The position numbers and the translations under genes are program-made. Positions 8,107-16,091 of a DNA stretch of 64,000 nucleotides are shown piece after piece. The stretch is taken from NCBI GenBank assembly GCA_051874735.1, contig JBJEGD010000022.1, positions 32,402 to 96,401 of the forward strand, read 5' to 3'. The notes beneath the pieces are model-generated. The model saw only the letters and a list, made by a program, of their open reading frames with translations, made no database searches and was not told where the DNA came from. Numbering within the stretch: position 1 is the first letter of the stretch; each line of letters begins with the position of its first letter. The DNA comes from Candidatus Bruticola sp. GTDB taxonomy: Bacteria; Vulcanimicrobiota; Xenobia; Xenobiales; Xenobiaceae.

Positions 8107-9795
8107 TTAATCGGAGATTCCAGCTGTACAGCAGAAATCACGTCCTTCCTGCCATCCCCTTCCCTGAAGAAAAGTTCTGATCTCCTCACGCGATCTGGGG
8201 TTTCCAACCGCTGTTATTAAAAAAAAGTGCTGTGGTTCAGGCAATTCATCTAAACTAAGTACTTTTAAACCGCATATAATTTGACCGTGGCGAGCCGGCA
8301 AAATATCAGTATAAAAGGCAGGCTCAAAACCATGAGCCCTCAGAGTTTTAACTAAAGCTTTGCCGTTAGGACCGGCTCCCCAAACAATTAGCTGCCGCTT
8401 ATCTGCAGACAAACTTCGCAGCCCTCGCTCTTCCTGACTAGAAGGAAAAAAAGCTCTCAATAAAAAGCTGACCTTTAAATTTCTCAAAGCTTCGTGACTG
8501 CAGCGTTTATCCACCCGCGTCAAACGATTGGGTAAATCCCGCCAGAAAAACAATACTTGATCAACTTTAGCCATTTTGAACCCTCTGAGCCAGAGACGCA
8601 GCCAAAGATGATAGTCTTCCGGCCAACATCCGTCTTCGTATAACCCCGCTTCTTCCAAAGCAGCTCTGCGTATAATTACCGAAGGATGAACTAGAGGACT
8701 CTCGACAAAAATATCTCTATCTAAAATTTCTGGCTGACAAGCTTTATTGAGCCAACGTTCATAGCGCTTCATACCTTCAGTAAGTTCCTGCTTAGGGAAA
8801 ATACGCACTTTACATCCTACAGCTGCCACTTCCGGATGTTTGCTCAGATAAAGCATTTGTTTAGCAAAACGCTCTGGATGCGAAATATCGTCTCCATCCA
8901 TACGAGCAATAAAACGGGCTCTGCTCTGGCTAAAAGCAAAGTTTAAAACTGCAGTAATGCCAGAATGCTTTAAACTAAAAACGCGTATTCTAGGATCAGC
9001 GGCGGCTAAGTTTCTAGCTATTTCCAAAGTAGCATCGGTAGAGCCATCATCTACCAAAATGAGCTCCCAACTTTTGAAAGTTTGCTTCTTGATAGACTGA
9101 ACGGCATGCTCCAGAGTAGCCGCACAGTTATAAATGGGCATCAAACAAGAAATGAGAGGAGCCTTAACTGCATTGTAATACAAAAAACGCTCATATTTGG
9201 TCAGGGTCTGTTCTGTGAGCCTAATTCCAGCCCGCTCGGCCCAGGACTCCACTAAACTCTGCAACTGAGCAGCGCGCCACGTTTCTAACTCCAATTCATA
9301 TTCCGTGTGCTCTCCGTTAAAGGTAGTGCAATCAAGTTCAAATTTTTCCTCACCAGCTAAACCAGCCAATTCTATAGGCCAAACTAAACGCAAATTGCGC
9401 ACATCTCCAACTGGGCGCAATTTTCCCTTGAAATTGTCATCAATAATCTGCCGTCCAACTTGACTCTGTCCTGCCCAATCTAAATTTCCAGCCAACAAAG
9501 CTTCAAACTCAGCCTCAGTTAACTCTTCTTCTATTTCTAAAGCGGAAAAACAACCTCGCTCCATAGATAAGCCACGTTTATAGACAAAAAGCAACCGTCC
9601 ATTTTCTCGACGCAACCGCAGCATACAGCGTCTGGAAGCAAAAAATCCATCTTCCGAATCGAAATATATATTCTGTTGATGCAATTCTTGGCAAGGACGA
9701 CCTAAAATAGCTTGTATTTGCTCCCAGTCACTTCTATTAGCTAATGACCACTTAAATTCACGCTCAGTATGTTTAACGGCGCAGTTACGCTCCAT
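8107..9795 (-). CDS. CYTH domain fused to a family 2 glycosyltransferase with a C-terminal Rossmann-like domain
   Basis: EREFK, QQNIYFD, LRLR, YELELE and KYERF (CYTH); ISCLMPIYN, VDDGSTD, RMDGDD and PEDY (GT2); VWGAGPNG at the C-terminus. Confidence 0.85.
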   Translation of the reverse strand: MERNCAVKHTEREFKWSLANRSDWEQIQAILGRPCQELHQQNIYFDSEDGFFASRRCMLRLRRENGRLLFVYKRGLSMERGCFSALEIEEELTEAEFEALLAGNLDWAGQSQVGRQIIDDNFKGKLRPVGDVRNLRLVWPIELAGLAGEEKFELDCTTFNGEHTEYELELETWRAAQLQSLVESWAERAGIRLTEQTLTKYERFLYYNAVKAPLISCLMPIYNCAATLEHAVQSIKKQTFKSWELILVDDGSTDATLEIARNLAAADPRIRVFSLKHSGITAVLNFAFSQSRARFIARMDGDDISHPERFAKQMLYLSKHPEVAAVGCKVRIFPKQELTEGMKRYERWLNKACQPEILDRDIFVESPLVHPSVIIRRAALEEAGLYEDGCWPEDYHLWLRLWLRGFKMAKVDQVLFFWRDLPNRLTRVDKRCSHEALRNLKVSFLLRAFFPSSQEERGLRSLSADKRQLIVWGAGPNGKALVKTLRAHGFEPAFYTDILPARHGQIICGLKVLSLDELPEPQHFFLITAVGNPRSREEIRTFLQGRGWQEGRDFCCTAGISD

Positions 9796-9847
9796 AGTAA
9801 AAATAAATTCCTTAATTCAAAAATAAACAGATAATTACAAACAACAT

Positions 9848-9895
9848 AAAAAAAGAAGGGGCCCTATCATTTTACCTAAGGCTCCTCCTCTTTTT
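9848..9895 (-). terminator. Probable terminator after the esterase gene
   Basis: Minus strand gaggaggagcc ... ggccccttct followed by a T run. Confidence 0.5.
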
Positions 9896-9922
9896 AAATT
9901 TTACCACAAATCGACACTCTAT

Positions 9923-10660
9923 CTATCCGAAAGGAAAGAGTCTGGGAACTAATTGTCTCATCTGAACTTTCCACCAAGGCCAATCATGAGCGACGTCGTA
10001 TCCCCATAGCTCAAAGTTGTGCCTAATACCAACCCGTTCCATAACTTCGTGAATTTCTCGGCTGTAGTGAACACGCTCCCAAGCTCCCTGACCACAAATA
10101 ATATTAATATTGCACCCATCTAAAGAGCGTCTAATATCAGGATCGTAGAGATTAGCTATATAGCTAACTGGATTGTGGAAGTAGCAGCGTTCATCAAAAT
10201 AACCATCTAAAAAGCAACCGATATTGTAAATACCGCTCATACCGATACACCAACGGAAAACTTCGTGGTGACGGAAGAGAGTATTAATAGCATGATAAGC
10301 TCCGAAACTAGCTCCTACAGCCGCTATGGGAAGCGAGCCTCCACAATTTCGAAAAATGAAAGGAACTACCTCATCTATAATGTAACGATCGTAAAGTTCC
10401 TGACGCCACGCACGCTCACCGGGGCCGATGCTTTCATTATTCCAGCTTAAATCGTTGATACTATTGACAGAATATATTTTTATTCTTCCGCTATCAATAT
10501 GATCAGCTAAAGCACCGATCATGCCGAAGCGTTCAAGTTCTTCAAAATCGGCTGAAGCGGTCGGGAAATAAAGAACAGGCACTCCCCAATGACCATACAC
10601 GGCAATAGGCATATCGCCGCTCAAATGTCTGCTGTAAAATCTGCTCTTCTCTACGTGCAT
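9923..10660 (-). CDS. Alpha/beta-hydrolase esterase (COG4947-like)
   Basis: YGHWGVPVLYFPT, nucleophile motif GASFG, AHDWPWW. Confidence 0.85.
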   Translation of the reverse strand: MHVEKSRFYSRHLSGDMPIAVYGHWGVPVLYFPTASADFEELERFGMIGALADHIDSGRIKIYSVNSINDLSWNNESIGPGERAWRQELYDRYIIDEVVPFIFRNCGGSLPIAAVGASFGAYHAINTLFRHHEVFRWCIGMSGIYNIGCFLDGYFDERCYFHNPVSYIANLYDPDIRRSLDGCNINIICGQGAWERVHYSREIHEVMERVGIRHNFELWGYDVAHDWPWWKVQMRQLVPRLFPFG

Positions 10661-10693
10661 TTAGCTGCTAGACAAATAAATAAGTATCTCAAC

Positions 10694-10900
10694 TTACAAT
10701 TTGTCATTTACCTCCTGCCTATTTTCTTCACCCTTAAGCCAATACTCAGGAAAAGTTTGGCACTTTTCAAATCCGGGGCACCCTAAACAACGCTTACTGC
10801 GCATATTAACCTCACGCAAACGTTTATCGCGACACTGAGGCTCAAAAAAATCGAAATTATCAAAGTACTTTTCTAAATACTCTTCTTTGTAGAGAGCCAT
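10694..10900 (-). CDS. Small Cys-containing hypothetical protein (68 aa)
   Basis: Strong SD AGGAGG upstream of the ATG; C-x14-CxxC-x5-C; co-oriented 33 nt upstream of the esterase. Confidence 0.65.
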   Translation of the reverse strand: MALYKEEYLEKYFDNFDFFEPQCRDKRLREVNMRSKRCLGCPGFEKCQTFPEYWLKGEENRQEVNDKL

Positions 10901-11419
10901 TCCATCCTCCTACGGGCCCTGAGCCCGGATAAGCTGCAGACTTTTCCCAGGCTTTTTACCTCAAATCATACGTTCAACATTTTACCACATACAGAACTGG
11001 CTAGCAAGAAAAAGAAAATATGGGAGCTTAGGATTGCCTAAACAGTTTGCCTCTCGTATCAATAATTCACTTATTAAAGAAGGTACAAGCGCAGGACAAA
11101 GAGACTTTAGAGAAGAAGAGTGGGAGCGAGTTTTGGAGAGCTGCGTGCGAAGGCAGCCTAACTTGTCGGATTTTCGGACAGCAGCGCTTATCAGGAGATG
11201 GTTCCTTGAAGCGTTTTGTTGTTTTTTGCTTTTCCATTGCACCAATAGTAGGTAAAGTGAAGGAGAAAGCACAAATTGCAGACAAAAAAAACTGTTATAA
11301 AAAGAGACAAATAATTTTCTAGGTTATCGGCTGTCTGCTAAAGAAAACTAATAAAACATTCCGATGCGACAGCGAAGCTTGTGCCAGCAATAGAGAGTTG
11401 TTGACTAGTATCAGGAGGG

Positions 11420-12124
11420 ATGGTTATGTTTTTAGATTGGTTTAAGAGCAAAAAACCCGCTTTAAAGCTTAAGGCTAAACAAGAAATTGAAATAGAGTTC
11501 TTTGCTGATGAAACCTATAAAACCTACTTCACCACAGTGTTAGACGTCAGGCGCAAGGAAATTATTCTAAAAAGCCCCGGAACTGAGCGCCGTCCTGTCA
11601 AGATGGAAGCCGGACAACGTCTCACCGTGACAACTCTCGATGACAACAAATTGTATTATTTCGAAACTGAAGTTACCGATGCAGGTGAGCGCGAATTCGA
11701 TATTGCCACACCTGTCAACGTGGAAAGTGAAGACGTCCCGAAGTTTGACGAAAATACTAGCATCGAGGCCCCGGTAAACGTGGAATATCGTGCTATGAAA
11801 TTGGCGCATACTCAATCAGCCCAGACAGTTTCCATCAGCTTGAATAATTTAATCTTAGGCTGCAATATTGCCATTCCTGAAGGAACTGATTTGCACGTTG
11901 AAGTTCAAATTCCAGGTACTCCCGTATTTTCGTTTAAGGGACGAGCTTTAGCATCTAAGCCGAATTCTAACAGTAAAGGCAAGAAGTTCCTCTGTGAAAT
12001 CGAATACGCAGAGGATGCTGACAAGAACGATCGTATGGCCATTATGCGCTATGCTGTTTATTTAAAACGACGCGAACAGCGCCGTGCTCTCCGCGGAGAC
12101 GACATGGGCAATAAAAAACTTTAA
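11420..12124 (+). CDS. YcgR/flagellar-brake-like protein with a degenerate PilZ domain
   Basis: N-terminal YcgR-type beta domain (YFTTVLD...IILKSP...LYYFETEV), C-terminal PilZ-like barrel ending in IMRY...RREQRR; SD AGGAGG. Confidence 0.7.
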   Translation: MVMFLDWFKSKKPALKLKAKQEIEIEFFADETYKTYFTTVLDVRRKEIILKSPGTERRPVKMEAGQRLTVTTLDDNKLYYFETEVTDAGEREFDIATPVNVESEDVPKFDENTSIEAPVNVEYRAMKLAHTQSAQTVSISLNNLILGCNIAIPEGTDLHVEVQIPGTPVFSFKGRALASKPNSNSKGKKFLCEIEYAEDADKNDRMAIMRYAVYLKRREQRRALRGDDMGNKKL

Positions 12125-12381
12125 GAATTTTCTCGTAACAAATAATCAGCGGCTTGAAATGAGAAGTTTATTGATGCAAGTCCTGTAAAAGTCCAGTCTG
12201 TAGAGCTGTTCTAAGGAGCCCCTCCCCAGGCTGGGCTTTTTTGGCATAATGTTTGACATTAACTGGCTTTTGTTGATCTAAGTTACTAAGAGAAATAAAC
12301 AAAAAATAATTTATTTGCCCAGCAGAATTCTTCGGCGCTGTCGCAATTTAAAAAGAACGCAAACTTAAAGGAGTAGCTGCC

Positions 12382-15300
12382 GTGTGCGGTATAGCTGGTA
12401 TTCTCTACAAATACTCTGAATCGATTCATAATCTTAATTGGGATAGTTTTCTGCAAGAAATCAACGATATAACTTTAGCAGAAATAGCTATAGACAACCC
12501 TCCTAATGAAGCGATCACAGCGTTGGAAGAAAAAGTCTCTCATCTAAAAGAGTATCAAGCTTTTTCAATTCTGTGGGGCAACGACGAGTTAGTTGACCGT
12601 TTGCATAAGGCGGCAGACTCTGTACTAAGTTTTGAACAACGCTCTAAGAAAGTTATATCCACTTCTAAAATTCCCATTCCTACTACTTTGGTGGAGAATT
12701 GGAATTCCTTAGGTGTACGTCTGCGTGATATACATTGGACAATTTCTCAAGATGTTATCGGTAATCTTAATAAAGTCAAACTCATTATCCCCGATTTTAT
12801 AAGAACAGCTAACATTGACGCTTGGAAAATCACAGCTGTGCTCAACAATATGGATCGCCTAGAGGTGCGCGGCCGTGACAGTTTGGGTATAAGCATCAGC
12901 CTTAGTTTTGCTTCAACTAAAGGTTTTGAGTATTTCTGGGATATTATTAGCAAAGCTGGTTTAATTGCAGAATTTAATCAAAGAACAAACTGCCCTACTC
13001 TAGAGAACATGAGCATTCGCTTCGATAGCCACAGTGCTACGCCCAGCTTAATGTTCATTTACAAGGTTTCACAAGAAGTAGGAGCTCTGGGAGACAATGT
13101 CGCTTCTATCAGACGCAACCTTAAAGAAGATAGCTTGCTTTGGTACGCTCTCAGTTCACCTTCTATAGAAACCAACATTTGGTCGCACACTCGCTGGGCT
13201 TCTAACGGAGTAATTAATATTGCTAACAGTCACCCAGTGGACGAACAAACAGAGCCCACGAAAGCTGAAACTGACCATTATTGGATAAGTGCGGCTTTGA
13301 ACGGAGACGTCGACAATTTCCAGTCCTTGGCTCAAAAAGTATATTCTGCTGATTTAGTTTCTATATCACCTAAAATTACGACCGATGCTAAGGTTATTCC
13401 CGTTTTAGTCGATTATCACTATCGCAGATGCGGCAATTTAACCAAGGCTTTTATTAAATCTGTCAGCGAATTCGAAGGATCAGTAGCTATATGTTTGAGC
13501 TCTAGTTTAGAACCTGGCCGCATCTATTTAGCCCTCAAAGGAAGCGGACAGTCCTTATTTGTAGGTCTTTGCCGCCAGGGCTACGTATTTGCCTCAGAGG
13601 TTTACGGTATCGTCGAGCAAACTAGTCGTTATATTCGCCTAGACGGAGCCTCTGAGCATATTCCTGGACATCCAGAGAGTGCGGGGCAAATTTTTATTCT
13701 GCAAGAAGGACAAGTAGGCTTGGCAGGCTTAAAAGCCTTCCATATTGACGGCACTCCCCTAGAATTAAGCGATAAAGATATAAAAACTGCAGAAATTACT
13801 ACTAGGGATATCAATCGCGGCCAATATGCTCACTTCCTACTGAAGGAAATCTGCGATTCTCCAGGCTCTATTGCCAAAACTTTGCAGGGCAAATACTTTA
13901 TTGAAGATAAATTTGACGGCGCTGCCCAAGTGAACTTAGGACCGGAAGTTTTTCCTGTTTCCTTAAGTGAAAAATTCCAAAAGCATCAAATTAATCGCAT
14001 TCTCCTTATTGGCCAGGGAACAGCAGCTGTAGCGGGTATTGCAGTCGCCTCCATGATGCAGCGGGCTCTGAGTGGCGCTGGTATAGAGGTTAGAGCCATG
14101 AAAGCTACTGAGCTTTCCGGCTATTCCTTAGAAGAGGATATGGCTAAAACTCTTATCATAGCCGTTTCCCAGTCTGGTACTACTACTGATACTAACCGCA
14201 CAGTTGATGTAGTCAGAGCACGCCACGCTTCCGTATTAGCTATTGTCAACAGACGCAACTCCGATCTAACTTATAAAGTAGACGGAGTCATGTATACTAG
14301 CGATGGCCGCGATATTGAAATGTCAGTGGCTTCTACAAAGGCGTTTTATAGCCAAGTGGTAGCTGGTTATCTGATAGGACTGCACATTGCTTCTCTTGTC
14401 GGCTCAATAAGTACTAAGAAAGTTCGCCGCGAACTACAAGAGCTGCTCAGTCTACCTAGCAAAATTTCCTCAGTCATAGAAAAACGCCAAAATATAGAAG
14501 CTTTAGCCCGCCTTTACGCTCCTACTAGAAGGGATTGGGCTGTAGTAGGCAGCGGCAGCACCAGAGCAGCAGCGGATGAAATACGCATTAAACTTAGTGA
14601 GCTATGTTACAAATCTATTGCCACCGACTACATTGAAGATAAAAAACATATCGATTTATCTTCAGAGCCTTTGACACTAGTTTGTACAGCCGGCCTTCCT
14701 GCTATGGCTCTACGCGATTCAGTTAAAGAAGTGGCCATTTTCCGTTCGCATAAATCTATCCCCATAGTGATAGCTTCTGAAGGTTTTGATGAATTTGAAC
14801 ACTATGCATCCGGAGTAATTTACGTCCCCACTGCTTCAGCGAACGCTTCTGTGCTTTTGAATACTGTAGTCGGCCACCTCTGGGGCTACTATTGTGCTTT
14901 AGCCATAAATGAAGGAGCTAATCTGTTGAAGCCAGGCCGCGCTTTAGCGGTACAACATTTGAGTAGCGACAGCGGATTAGTATTAAACCAGGCTAATATC
15001 CGACGCATGCTTTCAGTTGGCAAAACTTTCCAAGACAACTTAAAGAAGGGGCGTTTTAACAGTTCCTTATCAGTAGATTCAGCTGTACGCCTTTCTCTTA
15101 TGTTCCAATACTTTACTGGAGCCCGCTCCTTACGCCAACTGACTACCGATTTTAAAGGGAATAGTTTAGTTGAAACCATGGTTACCTTGCTTACTCAAGC
15201 CATACAAGAACTTTCCCGTCCCATCGATGCGATTAAGCATCAAGCTAAAACGATTACTGTTGGAATTTCCCGTTCTGATGAGTTAGCAGAAGGGCCTATT

Positions 15301-15864
15301 TTCGAGGCACTGAGCAACTTTAACATTACCCCAGACGATCTACCCTACCGTGATTTAGCCTTCATCCGCGCTCTTAACAAGACTATCGATAGTATTGTAG
15401 GTGCGACTCTTTATGAGATAGACGGTCTTAATGCCTTAAACGAAGTAACCGACTCAACTTGTATCAAAGTAGTGAAGAAAATCGGTCTGGCAGTCAACAT
15501 GAAATCTCGCTCAGATAACGGCTCTCCTCTGGTGGGTACTAAGCAGTGGGTGACTAACAATCGGCGTTCTTATGTAGGTCACGGTCACAACGACGCAAGA
15601 CCTATACTAATTGCTCCTATTATAAGTACTGGCCGAGTTGATCATTTGGCTCTGTTACATCTGAGTTTCAAACATGAACTATCCCTTGAGGAGCGAATCG
15701 ACGTTATCAAAAACTTAACTAACCGCTACGGCGATCTAGTCAGCCAAGTTGAAGAGACTAACATTGTCTGGAACGACGAATTCCTCAACTTACTGAGCGT
15801 AGAGGAGCTTTCTACTCTTCGAGCGGCAGTTTTGGCGGAGCTAATCATTAAGCGTTGCGGCTAA
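12382..15864 (+). CDS. glmS: Extended glutamine-fructose-6-phosphate aminotransferase (GlmS-like, 1160 aa)
   Basis: N-terminal MCGI, LEVRGRDS, HTRWAS, SQSGTTTDT, SVASTKAF, IKLSE, HQAKTITVG. Confidence 0.8.
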   Translation: MCGIAGILYKYSESIHNLNWDSFLQEINDITLAEIAIDNPPNEAITALEEKVSHLKEYQAFSILWGNDELVDRLHKAADSVLSFEQRSKKVISTSKIPIPTTLVENWNSLGVRLRDIHWTISQDVIGNLNKVKLIIPDFIRTANIDAWKITAVLNNMDRLEVRGRDSLGISISLSFASTKGFEYFWDIISKAGLIAEFNQRTNCPTLENMSIRFDSHSATPSLMFIYKVSQEVGALGDNVASIRRNLKEDSLLWYALSSPSIETNIWSHTRWASNGVINIANSHPVDEQTEPTKAETDHYWISAALNGDVDNFQSLAQKVYSADLVSISPKITTDAKVIPVLVDYHYRRCGNLTKAFIKSVSEFEGSVAICLSSSLEPGRIYLALKGSGQSLFVGLCRQGYVFASEVYGIVEQTSRYIRLDGASEHIPGHPESAGQIFILQEGQVGLAGLKAFHIDGTPLELSDKDIKTAEITTRDINRGQYAHFLLKEICDSPGSIAKTLQGKYFIEDKFDGAAQVNLGPEVFPVSLSEKFQKHQINRILLIGQGTAAVAGIAVASMMQRALSGAGIEVRAMKATELSGYSLEEDMAKTLIIAVSQSGTTTDTNRTVDVVRARHASVLAIVNRRNSDLTYKVDGVMYTSDGRDIEMSVASTKAFYSQVVAGYLIGLHIASLVGSISTKKVRRELQELLSLPSKISSVIEKRQNIEALARLYAPTRRDWAVVGSGSTRAAADEIRIKLSELCYKSIATDYIEDKKHIDLSSEPLTLVCTAGLPAMALRDSVKEVAIFRSHKSIPIVIASEGFDEFEHYASGVIYVPTASANASVLLNTVVGHLWGYYCALAINEGANLLKPGRALAVQHLSSDSGLVLNQANIRRMLSVGKTFQDNLKKGRFNSSLSVDSAVRLSLMFQYFTGARSLRQLTTDFKGNSLVETMVTLLTQAIQELSRPIDAIKHQAKTITVGISRSDELAEGPIFEALSNFNITPDDLPYRDLAFIRALNKTIDSIVGATLYEIDGLNALNEVTDSTCIKVVKKIGLAVNMKSRSDNGSPLVGTKQWVTNNRRSYVGHGHNDARPILIAPIISTGRVDHLALLHLSFKHELSLEERIDVIKNLTNRYGDLVSQVEETNIVWNDEFLNLLSVEELSTLRAAVLAELIIKRCG

Positions 15865-15883
15865 ACAGTTCTTCCCTACTTTG

Positions 15884-15932
15884 TGTTTAGTCAGTACTGC
15901 AGTTACATACAAGCTGCAGCACTGATTAGACA
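15884..15932. terminator. Long hairpin between the convergent glmS-like and kinase genes
   Basis: tgtttagtcagtactgcag / ctgcagcactgattagaca: 19-bp stem with two G-U pairs and one mismatch; no clear U tract. Confidence 0.5.
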
Positions 15933-16091
15933 TAATATACGCCTATCCATCTGCATTATAAGCTCAATCGATTTTTATATAACGCGACCAATGGTTTGCG
16001 ACTTTCGCAATACGGTTTGCCGCTGAGGCTCAGTATAATTTATAAATTAAAGATAGGCTCCAAATTTTTCACGAGCCGAATTAATGGAGTA

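Noticed and set aside
10982-11322. Four overlapping short ORFs between divergent genes
   Set aside because: They conflict with each other, lack SD sequences and motifs, and are best read as a divergent promoter/leader region.
12125-12381. Possible glmS ribozyme upstream of the glmS-like gene
   Set aside because: The conserved AGCGCC...GACGAGG core is not present.
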